Below are positions 38,791-48,118 of a stretch of 50,802 nt of DNA, piece after piece. The stretch covers positions 1-50,802 of the forward strand of contig JBNJGP010000006.1 of the NCBI GenBank assembly GCA_051747805.1, given 5' to 3'. The translations under genes and the position numbers were made by a program. Positions within the stretch are counted from its first letter, which is position 1; each line of letters starts with the position of its first letter. Source of the stretch: Candidatus Muiribacteriota bacterium. Lineage in GTDB: Bacteria > Muiribacteriota > Muiribacteriia > Muiribacteriales > Muiribacteriaceae. Under the pieces are notes generated by a model. It was not told the origin of the DNA and made no database searches. It worked only from the letters and a program-made list of their open reading frames with translations.

Positions 38791-40164
38791 TTAAATCTCC
38801 CTTTTTATTTTATTTTTTAGCTTAATTTCTATTTCTGACCGCTTATTTTCATAACCACTTCTTCCCATTAAAGCATATGTTGCATTTTTCCCAGCCTCAA
38901 CACCGGGTTGATCAAAAGCATTAACCTCAAATAATTCCCCGGCAAAAGCTGTCATAGTCATAAAAAGTTGAAATAGCTGACCAAGATAATACTCGTTTAT
39001 TTCCGGAATATAAAAAGTTTCATTTGGTTTTTTAGCATCTGTTAAAGCTAATTCTGTTGCCTTTTTTTCAGAGCTTATTAAAGAGTTCATGGAGCTTCCG
39101 GTCAAATAATTCAGCCCATCAATATGTAAAAAAACTTCAGGAATTTTCATTTTTTTCCTGAACTCTCCAACCTCAATAAAGCTTATGCATTTGTCAAAAG
39201 GCCCCTCAACATAGAGCTGAACCTGAGAATGCTGATCAATTGCTCCTACAGCTTTTTCAGGAGTTATGCCTATATTATTGCCATTATTATCAACTTTCCC
39301 CAGGCTTTCAGCCCATAATTGTCTGAACCAGTCAGATAGTGAGGCCAGATTTTCTGAATAAGGCATCAGTATATTTATATTTACATTTTTTTCCGCATAA
39401 AGATAATAATGAATAAGCGCGGCCATATATGCAGGATTTTTTTCAACTTCAGAATTATTACATTTTTTTTCCATATCAGCTGCACCCTTAAGCAGTTTTT
39501 TTATATCAACACCAGTAAAAGCAGCTGATATCAAACCAACCGGGCTTAAAACAGAGAAACGACCTCCAACATTTTCGGGTATAACAAATGCATCAATACC
39601 AAGCTCATCAGCTATTTTTTTGAGATTTCCTTTCTCTCTGTCAGTTGTAATAATAAGATTTTCTTTAACTTTTTGAGGGCACTTAAGTTCAAGCTCATTA
39701 TATAAAACCATAAAATTAGTCATAGTCTCAGCAGTTGAGCCCGATTTTGTAATAACGTTAAAGAGGGTTTCTTCTGGATTTATAATTTCAAGAATCTGAG
39801 CAAGCTTTTCAGGATCAACATTGTCAGCAAAATAGATATCGGGGGTATTTTTATCTTTTTTATTATAATATATGCCGTTTATAGCATTATTTATTGTAAT
39901 ATTACCAAGACTTGAGCCTCCAATACCTATAACAACAAAATTTTTATAATTTTTCTTTTTTTCTTTTAATTTAAGTATTTTATCTACAACTTCCTGCTGA
40001 TAAGGAAGGTCAAAGAATCCTAAAATACCTTTGTCACGTTTTTTCAATAAATTCTCATGACATTTTTTTGATTTTTCAGAGGCTATTTTCATCAATTCAT
40101 CATAATCAACACCAAATTCACCTACATTTTCTTTAAGCATGTTTTCAAATCTATATTTCAACAT
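38791..40164 (-). CDS. pgi: Glucose-6-phosphate isomerase
   Basis: GIGGSSLG, TKSGSTAE, GGRFSVLS, QLWAESLGK, DQPGVEAGK. Confidence 0.97.
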   Translation of the reverse strand: MLKYRFENMLKENVGEFGVDYDELMKIASEKSKKCHENLLKKRDKGILGFFDLPYQQEVVDKILKLKEKKKNYKNFVVIGIGGSSLGNITINNAINGIYYNKKDKNTPDIYFADNVDPEKLAQILEIINPEETLFNVITKSGSTAETMTNFMVLYNELELKCPQKVKENLIITTDREKGNLKKIADELGIDAFVIPENVGGRFSVLSPVGLISAAFTGVDIKKLLKGAADMEKKCNNSEVEKNPAYMAALIHYYLYAEKNVNINILMPYSENLASLSDWFRQLWAESLGKVDNNGNNIGITPEKAVGAIDQHSQVQLYVEGPFDKCISFIEVGEFRKKMKIPEVFLHIDGLNYLTGSSMNSLISSEKKATELALTDAKKPNETFYIPEINEYYLGQLFQLFMTMTAFAGELFEVNAFDQPGVEAGKNATYALMGRSGYENKRSEIEIKLKNKIKREI

Positions 40165-40225
40165 TTAAGCCTCCTTAAAAACCATATTATAATTATTGTT
40201 TTTTTTATCAAAAATTGATGCCTTC

Positions 40226-40254
40226 ATTATATAGAAACTTAATTTTTTTTTCAA
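40226..40254 (-). promoter_or_regulatory. sigma70 promoter of pgi operon
   Basis: TTGAAA-N17-TATAAT. Confidence 0.55.
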
Positions 40255-40315
40255 ATTCATTTATTTATAAAAAATGTGATATAAAGAAAAGACATTGAGA
40301 ATTATTGGTTTTGAG

Positions 40316-40343
40316 TTGAAAAAAAATATTTTATTACTATAAT
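40316..40343 (+). promoter_or_regulatory. sigma70 promoter of aminotransferase
   Basis: TTGAAA-N16-TATAAT. Confidence 0.5.
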
Positions 40344-40383
40344 AAAAATTGGAGTTAAAATAATATGTTCAGGAGGTTTTTTA

Positions 40384-41583
40384 ATGAATCCGTCAAAAAG
40401 AGTAATAAACATGCAGGAATCTCCCATAAGGAAACTTGTTCCATATGCTCAGGAGGCAAAAAAAAATAATAAAACAGTTTTTCACCTCAATATTGGTCAG
40501 CCAGATATTGAAACTCCGGAAGTTTTCTGGAAAGCAATTCACAACTATGAAGAAAAAGTATTAAGTTACGGCAACTCACAGGGCATTCAACCATATATAG
40601 ACGCTGTGATAAAATATTATAAAAGAAACAATATTCACTTTGAAGAAGATGAGGTAATTGCAACAACAGGAGGAAGTGAATCAATACTTTTTTCAATGCT
40701 TTCCTGTATGGAACACGGTGATGAGGCCATTGTCTTTGAACCATTTTACACCAACTATAACGGTTTTGCGGATATGGCAGGAATCAAACTAGTTCCTATA
40801 AGAACATATGCCGAGGACGGTTTCGATTTACCAAAAACAGAAACCATCGAAAAACACATTACCCCAAAAACGAGAGCTATTATGGTATGTAATCCAAACA
40901 ATCCAACTGGTTCCGTTTACTCAAAAAAAAAATTAAAATCACTTGTGAATCTTGTAAATAAACATAATCTATTTTTATTTTCAGACGAAGTATATCGTGA
41001 ATTTATATATGATGGGAAAAAACACACCTCTGTAATGGATTTTCCTGAAATTGCCCAGAACACTATTTTAATGGATTCAATTTCAAAAAGATTTTCAGCC
41101 TGTGGGGCAAGAATTGGAACAGTGGCAAGTAAAAACAAAGAAATTATGAAAAATATTCTTAAACTCGGGCAGGCAAGACTCTGTGCTCCAACTCTGGGTC
41201 AGATAGGAGCCTCTGCTTTATATAATAAAATAGACAGTAATTATTTTAACAAAACCAGAACCGAGTATGAATCAAGAAGGGATATTGTAATGCAATATCT
41301 TAATAAAAACAAAGATATATTCTGTCTTAAACCAGGCGGAGCTTTTTATATAGTAGCTAAACTCCCGCTGAAAGATTCCAACAGATTTGCAAAATGGCTG
41401 CTTTCAGACTTTCACATAAACAATGAAACTGTAATGGTATCCCCGGCAGACGGTTTTTATGCGACAAAAGGTGCAGGTAAAGATGAAATACGAATAGCCT
41501 ATATTCTAAAAAAGGAAAACCTCAAAAAAGCTATGGAAATTTTGCTTAAAGGAATAGAAGAATACAAAAAAATTAAAAATTAA
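40384..41583 (+). CDS. PLP-dependent class I/II aminotransferase (aspartate aminotransferase-like)
   Basis: NIGQPD, NPNNPTG, SDEVYRE, DSISKRFSACGARIG. Confidence 0.93.
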   Translation: MNPSKRVINMQESPIRKLVPYAQEAKKNNKTVFHLNIGQPDIETPEVFWKAIHNYEEKVLSYGNSQGIQPYIDAVIKYYKRNNIHFEEDEVIATTGGSESILFSMLSCMEHGDEAIVFEPFYTNYNGFADMAGIKLVPIRTYAEDGFDLPKTETIEKHITPKTRAIMVCNPNNPTGSVYSKKKLKSLVNLVNKHNLFLFSDEVYREFIYDGKKHTSVMDFPEIAQNTILMDSISKRFSACGARIGTVASKNKEIMKNILKLGQARLCAPTLGQIGASALYNKIDSNYFNKTRTEYESRRDIVMQYLNKNKDIFCLKPGGAFYIVAKLPLKDSNRFAKWLLSDFHINNETVMVSPADGFYATKGAGKDEIRIAYILKKENLKKAMEILLKGIEEYKKIKN

Positions 41584-41591
41584 TCTGACTA

Positions 41592-42242
41592 CTACCTTAC
41601 ATTCATAAGAACATGAATCTGCGGTAACAATCGCAGGTTCATGTTTTTAAAAAAATTCAAAACTTCAACACCATTATAATAATTCTTTTCTGTCATCGGA
41701 GTTTCAGGTTGAATAAAAATAATACAGTTTTTTTCAGAAATAGTTGATAAAAATTCAAGCCCTCTATATAAAGATGAAATATTATTTTCACCATAAACAA
41801 TTTTAATATAATGTTTTTTAACCTGGCTTATTTTATAAAATTCTTCAAAATTTCGTTTATTTGTTAAATGAAAATCAAGTTTAAAGTCCATAGAGATAGC
41901 GTCTGTGTATTTAATTATTTTTTTAAGTTCCCCGGGTAACGTTGCATTTGTTTCAAGCAAAACTTCGTGCTTTCTTTTTATTACTTTTAAAAATTCCCTC
42001 AGTTTATCTGCCTGCAGCAGCGGTTCTCCGCCGGTAATACTTATTTTTTTAAAATTATTTTTTAATTCTTCAAAACGAACAAGCTTTAATAACTCTTCTA
42101 CATCAAAATCTTTAAAATTCTGATGCTTTGTATCGCAATAGGGACATTTTAAATTACAGCCAGATAATCTTATAAAAAGGTTCGGTTCTCCAACATATAA
42201 ACCCTCTCCCTGAATCGAGGTAAAATGTTCGTTAATTTTCAT
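41592..42242 (-). CDS. queE: 7-carboxy-7-deazaguanine synthase (radical SAM)
   Basis: SIQGEG, GCNLKCPYCDT, TGGEPLLQ, LETN, LPQIH. Confidence 0.92.
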   Translation of the reverse strand: MKINEHFTSIQGEGLYVGEPNLFIRLSGCNLKCPYCDTKHQNFKDFDVEELLKLVRFEELKNNFKKISITGGEPLLQADKLREFLKVIKRKHEVLLETNATLPGELKKIIKYTDAISMDFKLDFHLTNKRNFEEFYKISQVKKHYIKIVYGENNISSLYRGLEFLSTISEKNCIIFIQPETPMTEKNYYNGVEVLNFFKNMNLRLLPQIHVLMNVR

Positions 42243-42279
42243 CTTCCTCTCCTGATAACTTTATTATAACACCTGTTTA

Positions 42280-42288
42280 TGTTATAAT
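42280..42288 (+). promoter_or_regulatory. Extended -10 promoter, leaderless rlmN
   Basis: TG-T-TATAAT followed by 7 nt then ATG 42296. No SD. Confidence 0.5.
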
Positions 42289-42295
42289 TTCCGCT

Positions 42296-43315
42296 ATGAA
42301 AAAACAATATTTTTTTGAATTTAACCTCCAGGAACTTCAGAACTTCCTTATTAAAAATAATTTTAAAAAATTTAATGCCTCTCAGATTTTTTCCTGGGTT
42401 TACAAAAAAAATATTTTAAATATTGAGGAAATGACAGACTTATCTAAAAAACTGCGTGAATTTTTAAAAAATAATATTTATTTTTCAAAACTTTCATTAG
42501 AAAAAACACTGCAGTCCAGAGATAAAACAAAAAAATTTTTACTTGAAACTTTAGATAACTATTTCATAGAAGGAGTTCTTATTTATGCAAAAAGACGGAC
42601 AACTTTATGTATTTCTTCTCAAATCGGATGTAAATTAAAATGTGTTTTCTGTAGAACCGGTCAACATGGCTTTATCCGTAATATTTCCTGTGGTGAAATA
42701 ATAGAGCAGGTGGTTCATGCAGCAAATATTAATGGCAGGGCTCCGGATAATATTGTTTTTATGGGAATGGGCGAACCCCTCCTTAACTTGCAGAATGTTT
42801 CAAAATCACTGAAAATTTTAATGAATGAAAAAGGATTTTATTATCCTTCAAGAAAAATCACCCTTTCAACTTGTGGCATACTAAATAAACTTGAAGAAAT
42901 TGAAAAAGAAATACCCTATCTTTCTTATGCAATCTCTCTTCACAGTGTGGATAACAGCAAGAGAAATAAATTAATGCCGGTGAACAAAAAATATCCGCTT
43001 GAGGATTTAAAAATAACTTTAAAGAAAATACGCCTGAAAAAAAGACAGACTATTACAATTGAATATATATTAATAAAAAATGTCAATACCTCAATAAAAG
43101 AGGCAAAAAATCTAATAAAATATCTGCACGGTTTAAAGTATAAAATTAATTTAATTCCATTTAACTCATTTGAGGGTTGCCCTTTTGAAACCCCGGACAT
43201 CGATGAAATAAATAATTTTTCAAATTATTTAAAAAATAAAGGGGTAGTCGTTAAGTTAAGATTAAGCAAAGGCAGAGACATTAAAGCAGCCTGCGGTCAA
43301 CTTGCTTTTTCATAG
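42296..43315 (+). CDS. rlmN: 23S rRNA/tRNA C2 methyltransferase RlmN
   Basis: CISSQIGCKLKCVFCRTG, MGMGEP, NLIPFN, AACGQL. Confidence 0.96.
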   Translation: MKKQYFFEFNLQELQNFLIKNNFKKFNASQIFSWVYKKNILNIEEMTDLSKKLREFLKNNIYFSKLSLEKTLQSRDKTKKFLLETLDNYFIEGVLIYAKRRTTLCISSQIGCKLKCVFCRTGQHGFIRNISCGEIIEQVVHAANINGRAPDNIVFMGMGEPLLNLQNVSKSLKILMNEKGFYYPSRKITLSTCGILNKLEEIEKEIPYLSYAISLHSVDNSKRNKLMPVNKKYPLEDLKITLKKIRLKKRQTITIEYILIKNVNTSIKEAKNLIKYLHGLKYKINLIPFNSFEGCPFETPDIDEINNFSNYLKNKGVVVKLRLSKGRDIKAACGQLAFS

Positions 43316-44312
43316 CAAGTATATTCTGAATCATCGCTGAGGTAAACTCAGCCTGTTTCAAACCATCTTTTTCAATAATATTATTATTAAGATTAAAGGC
43401 TATATGATTATAAAAATTTTTGAAACAGGTGTTTTTATTTAAAACATACTCTGGATCAGCTTCTTTAATAGAAATTTGTTTCAGCTCCTTAAAACCATAA
43501 AAACTTGTACTTTCTTTACTTTTAAAAATTTTTAACCCCTGATTTCCTACAATAATTTTCCCCTGTTGAAAAAACAGCGTTATTTCAAAAAGAAAATATT
43601 CTGCCCTGCATGAAAAACCTAGGCTAAGTAAAACATCTCCCGCCTCATAGTTTAAAAAAGCCTCATAAATAGAATCCTTATCACTTTTTGCCCGGATATA
43701 AATATTTTCTGCCTTTGAAGAAACTAAATAAAAACAGGTATCAATTAAATGCACTCCATCATGATATAAAAGGCTCTCTTTTATACCCTGTCCTCCCGCA
43801 TTTATTTCGCCATTAATTTTTAACAGTTTACCCAGATTATTTTTATTTATAATATTTTTAACTTTCATAAATCTATTAGAATATCTTCTTGTATAATTAA
43901 TATAAACTGAAATATTTTTTTTATTATATAGATTTTTTATTTCTTCTATATGCTCTGAAGACTCACAAAATGGTTTTTCACAAATCACACTTTTTATATT
44001 TGTATAATTAAATAGAATTTCTTTTAAATACTTATAATGGGTATGACTGTCTGTGGCGACAACTACTACTTCCACCGCCCTGTTTTTGGCAATTTTATTT
44101 CTGTAGTTAATATCGGCTCCGGTAAGGGCAAAATATTTTTCTAATTTAAAAGGATTAGTATCAACAACTTCAACTATTTTAAAAAAAGGATTTTTCCACA
44201 ATGCTCCAGTATGAGTACATGGTTTTTTCCTGTACGGGTCTTTCTCAAGTCCCAGGGCAATCCTTCCCAGCCCTATTACCGCAGTTTTATAAGTTTTTTT
44301 TCTGTTTAACAT
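43281..44312 (-). CDS. Gfo/Idh/MocA oxidoreductase
   Basis: VIGLGRIA, ICEKP, NYTRRY, HDGVHLID. Confidence 0.85.
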   Translation of the reverse strand: MLNRKKTYKTAVIGLGRIALGLEKDPYRKKPCTHTGALWKNPFFKIVEVVDTNPFKLEKYFALTGADINYRNKIAKNRAVEVVVVATDSHTHYKYLKEILFNYTNIKSVICEKPFCESSEHIEEIKNLYNKKNISVYINYTRRYSNRFMKVKNIINKNNLGKLLKINGEINAGGQGIKESLLYHDGVHLIDTCFYLVSSKAENIYIRAKSDKDSIYEAFLNYEAGDVLLSLGFSCRAEYFLFEITLFFQQGKIIVGNQGLKIFKSKESTSFYGFKELKQISIKEADPEYVLNKNTCFKNFYNHIAFNLNNNIIEKDGLKQAEFTSAMIQNILAMKKQVDRRLL

Positions 44313-44994
44313 TTTTATTTATACTAAAAATTTCCGGATTTTTATTAAAAAGCTCTATAAGCTCATTGTTTGTAAAAACATGGTTTTCTTTAAAGAGTTT
44401 ATCATAAACTTTTCTGGTCATTTCAAGGTCTTTTTTTTCATCAACTGTCAATCTTAAATTTTTTAATTTTTTTTCCCCTATAACAGAAAAATAATTATAT
44501 TTTTTTAAATTTCTTCTAATATATAAAGTAACATGCTCACCATCAAATGGCTCAACATTAGTTTTAAGATTTTTAAAAAGACATGAAATTTTAACAATTT
44601 CAGCACCAGTTCCTAAAGCGCCTCCCTTAATATAACCATAATCATAATCATCTTTTTTAATTAATTTTTTTATATTCTCAAAGTCGATAAAGGGATTATC
44701 ACCAGTTACGCGAATAATCCGGTCAAAATCAAACTCTTTTGCACAAAAAACAATTCTTTTTAAAACATTATTTAAATCCCCGCGAAAAAACCTCTGTTTT
44801 ATTTTACTTAAATAAAATGCTAGCCCATCATCGCTTTTTTGATTACTTGTTGCCACAACGACCGGCAGTTCTGATTTTTTGCATCTGTTTATAACATGGT
44901 ATATCATAGGATAGTTGCAGATATCAGCCATAGCCTTATTCGGCAGTCTTTTAGAACTCATTCTAGCCTGAATAATAATTCCTGTTTTATTCAT
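44287..44994 (-). CDS. SpsF-type cytidylyltransferase (nonulosonate activation)
   Basis: IIQARMSSKRLPNK, RVTGDNP, EHVT, RLTVD. Confidence 0.88.
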   Translation of the reverse strand: MNKTGIIIQARMSSKRLPNKAMADICNYPMIYHVINRCKKSELPVVVATSNQKSDDGLAFYLSKIKQRFFRGDLNNVLKRIVFCAKEFDFDRIIRVTGDNPFIDFENIKKLIKKDDYDYGYIKGGALGTGAEIVKISCLFKNLKTNVEPFDGEHVTLYIRRNLKKYNYFSVIGEKKLKNLRLTVDEKKDLEMTRKVYDKLFKENHVFTNNELIELFNKNPEIFSINKNVKQKKNL

Positions 44995-46892
44995 TTTAAC
45001 TCTTTTAAATACTGTTTTATTTCTTTTGAGGCATTAAAAAACATATCAAACATAGAATCGGCTGTGTCCTGAAGAATTTCATATTTTATATTAAGATGTT
45101 CAAGAGTTTTATACTCCTTATCCATTTTTAAAAAATCAGGGTTTGAGTTTAACTTCCTCAAAACAGGCCAATAAAGAGTCTGAAACTTTTCAACTACAAA
45201 AGGAGCAGAAGCAATTTTTTCTTCTATTGCCTTTCCCAGTTTTTCAGTTTTTTGGGCAAGTTTCTGATAATCCCTGGATATGTTATTATTTTTAAGCATA
45301 TCATATAGCTTTTTAATATTTTTTTTACCCTGAGGTGCCTTTTCTTTAGTAAATTTTAAAATATCTACAAGATTATTTAAGTTTTTTGAAAAATCATAAA
45401 TCTTTTTTTTAGGCAGCACGTTCCAGTTTTCAGAAAATATTTTTTCTATATCAACATATTGTTGCATATATTTTTCAATTACATCTTTGAGTTTCATATT
45501 TATTACATTGTTTTTTAAAATTCCGCCCTCAGTTGCATTAATCATCTTACCGCTTGTTCTTCCACATTCATATTCTATCCATTTACAATAATCATCAAGT
45601 ACTCTGAAAGTAGATACTTTTCTGCCATAAATGTCTTTTTTCTGAATAATTGTTTTATTTGAGCTTAATATTTTATTTTTATGTCTTTCATTAAGTGAGG
45701 CAGTATCAGATAAATTATTAAAATATTTTTCATCTCTATAGGTATTAACAGCATGAAAGTAGTTGCTTGTAAAGGCAAGATCCTGACCGGCAAAAACAAT
45801 TGGGTCTGCCCCAATTTTTCTGGCAAAATCAAAAGCAACTGTTGCAACTGAACCGCCAGTAAATAAAACTCCGTTTTCTTTAAGCTGTTTTTCTATCCAC
45901 ATTGAAAGCTGAAAATAAAAATTAAAAAAAATCAGATTATTATCAAAAATCTTAGCTACATCAGGATAAACAATTGGAGAACATACACAGTAAACACCCG
46001 GAAGTTTAACCCCCTCAAGGTGAAGAAAGTTAACGTACTGAGAATCCACACTTATTACTACATCAGGTATAACCCCCATTGAAAGAAGAGGCTTTACAGC
46101 AGTATCAACTGCTATAATAAGGGATTTATTTTTCGCCTGTTTGAGATATATACCGTTTTTATCAAGAGATGGACCAGCAGAAACCACAATTGCAGGTTTA
46201 TTTTTAAACTTACCCTGATAATCAAGTACACCAGGTGTTTTTATAATGTTTTTTAAATTTTTTAAAATATTTTCATTCCATAAATCAACATATTTTTTAA
46301 CAGTTGTATAATTACTGATTCCTACACTGATTGTATTTTTTATATCTGAATCAGCCTTTGCAAGAAATTCGGGAAAAAGTCTTCTATATGAGTTAAAGTC
46401 AAATACTTTCACTCTCTCTCTTTCATACATTTTAAAAAGTTTTGAAAGTTTATTTCTTAAAACATCTGTATCCAGGCCAGCCGCAAATTCAACATTAGGA
46501 TGATTTATCAAATCAGAAAAATCAAATGTTTCAAAAGCTTTTTTTAAAATACTGTAACTTGGTTCAACAACAATAAGCTTGTTGTTTGTATCCTTAAGCA
46601 CGAATTTTTCAAAAAGCATTTTTATATGATATCCAAGCCCCATTCCATTAATTATAAAAAAATTCCCCGGGGAATTAAGCACTTTATCAACAAAACGTGC
46701 TGCCTCATCAAGTGGTGCTCTTTTTGAGTGAATAAGTACTTCACTATTTTGAACTGCGGCTTTAAGACTAAGCTCATCTTTTTTTGTATGAATTATTTCA
46801 ACTGAAATACTTTCTTTTTCAGCCCCTTTTTTTAACTCAAAAAAAAGCTCAACATCTTTTTTTTTCAAAGCTTCCTGATTTGATTTTAACAT
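44991..46892 (-). CDS. Motility-associated factor (Maf/DUF115) flagellin glycosyltransferase
   Basis: IHSK, GMGLGYH, VSAGPSLDKN, GGSVAT, GQDLAF, NATEGG. Downstream of fliS. Confidence 0.88.
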   Translation of the reverse strand: MLKSNQEALKKKDVELFFELKKGAEKESISVEIIHTKKDELSLKAAVQNSEVLIHSKRAPLDEAARFVDKVLNSPGNFFIINGMGLGYHIKMLFEKFVLKDTNNKLIVVEPSYSILKKAFETFDFSDLINHPNVEFAAGLDTDVLRNKLSKLFKMYERERVKVFDFNSYRRLFPEFLAKADSDIKNTISVGISNYTTVKKYVDLWNENILKNLKNIIKTPGVLDYQGKFKNKPAIVVSAGPSLDKNGIYLKQAKNKSLIIAVDTAVKPLLSMGVIPDVVISVDSQYVNFLHLEGVKLPGVYCVCSPIVYPDVAKIFDNNLIFFNFYFQLSMWIEKQLKENGVLFTGGSVATVAFDFARKIGADPIVFAGQDLAFTSNYFHAVNTYRDEKYFNNLSDTASLNERHKNKILSSNKTIIQKKDIYGRKVSTFRVLDDYCKWIEYECGRTSGKMINATEGGILKNNVINMKLKDVIEKYMQQYVDIEKIFSENWNVLPKKKIYDFSKNLNNLVDILKFTKEKAPQGKKNIKKLYDMLKNNNISRDYQKLAQKTEKLGKAIEEKIASAPFVVEKFQTLYWPVLRKLNSNPDFLKMDKEYKTLEHLNIKYEILQDTADSMFDMFFNASKEIKQYLKELK

Positions 46893-46896
46893 AAAA

Positions 46897-47328
46897 CTAT
46901 CCTTTTAAATTAATATTTTTAGAAAAAGTAGAGGTTTTATTACCTTTTCCCTCTTCTTTTAACACAACCTCTTTCCAGGCTTCTTTCAGTTCCATAAGAA
47001 GCTCTTTTACTTCAATACATGGTTTTTTTTCTTTTTTTGTATTTGCCTCAATTAGCTGTTTCTTCATAAAAGAATATAACTCTTTTAAATTATTTGCAAT
47101 CTCTCCGCCCTTTTCATGATTTAAAGTAACTATAAGCTCGGTGAGAATATTCTGAACTTTAATTATGTTTTTATGTATTTTTTCTATATCAACAGGTTCA
47201 GACTCAAAACCTTTCTGGGCAAGACTTAAAAATCTGATTGCCCCCTCATAAAGCATAAGAAGAAGCTTACCAGGTGAAGCTGTTTTTATCTGCGTTTCTC
47301 GATAATGATTGAATTTATTTGAATTCAT
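46897..47328 (-). CDS. fliS: Flagellin export chaperone FliS
   Basis: TASPGKLLLMLYEGAI, GGEIANNL, ELKEAW. Confidence 0.96.
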   Translation of the reverse strand: MNSNKFNHYRETQIKTASPGKLLLMLYEGAIRFLSLAQKGFESEPVDIEKIHKNIIKVQNILTELIVTLNHEKGGEIANNLKELYSFMKKQLIEANTKKEKKPCIEVKELLMELKEAWKEVVLKEEGKGNKTSTFSKNINLKG

Positions 47329-47383
47329 ACTTTTTATTCTCTCCTGTAAAGTAAATTTACTTATTTTCCGGGATAATAATCAC

Positions 47384-47968
47384 TTAATTTTCTCCATACT
47401 TTTCAAGCAAATTCTTCCAGCCTGTTATATCTTCTTTTAAATCATAAATAATTATATCTTTTACTTCTACATAATCTTTTTTTTCAAGACCTTTTACAAG
47501 TTCAGATAAATGATTAAGATAATCTGCCATAAATTTCTGTTCTTCTTCTGTAAGCTTAATTTCAAGCACAGCAACAATTTTTGAAAAAGCAGTATTCATC
47601 CATTCAATACCCTGAGTTGCGGCATTTAAAACAGTCATAGCGTCGTTGATGTTATCTTTTTCAACAAGCTCAACAATTGAATCATAACCTTTTTCAAGTT
47701 TTTCAAGATAATCTTTCATTTCTGAAATAGTTTTCATACAAAGCTCATTATATCCTTCTGATATAAAATCAACTTTTTGCTCATCTTCCGCATCAAGCTT
47801 TTCTATTTCAGCCCAGTTGGTAACTTCTCTGTTATTATCTAAAATAAGTTTAGTAATAACTCTTTTTTTCTCTCCAAGTTCTTTTTTTAAACTTTCAAAA
47901 ACTTCCTTAATTTTCTCTTCTTTAAAATCTTTTCTTTCTTCTCCGTCAAGATAAATATCTGTCGTCAT
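47384..47968 (-). CDS. Hypothetical helical protein in the flagellin-fliS-maf cluster
   Basis: 194 aa ORF with AGGAG SD. No recognisable catalytic motif. Confidence 0.7.
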   Translation of the reverse strand: MTTDIYLDGEERKDFKEEKIKEVFESLKKELGEKKRVITKLILDNNREVTNWAEIEKLDAEDEQKVDFISEGYNELCMKTISEMKDYLEKLEKGYDSIVELVEKDNINDAMTVLNAATQGIEWMNTAFSKIVAVLEIKLTEEEQKFMADYLNHLSELVKGLEKKDYVEVKDIIIYDLKEDITGWKNLLEKYGEN

Positions 47969-47995
47969 GTTTAACTCCTTTTTGTAAAATAAAAA

Positions 47996-48018
47996 AGGGG
48001 ATATTCTACATATCCCCT
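47996..48018 (-). terminator. Intrinsic terminator after the 781-aa flagellin
   Basis: AGGGGATAT/ATATCCCCT 9-bp stem followed by a T run on the minus strand. Confidence 0.75.
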
Positions 48019-48118
48019 CTCTGTTTTAACTTTTTTATCTATTTTTATTATTTTTAATAACTTAATGTTTTATTACCTTGAAATAAAACTTTTTAAGTGT
48101 CAGCGTTAAAATTTCTAA

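Noticed and set aside
31550..42242. queD/queE as part of a 7-deazaguanine DNA-modification (dpd) island
   Set aside because: The genes are 10 kb apart in housekeeping context with no dpdA/tgt-like or helicase genes, consistent with ordinary queuosine synthesis.
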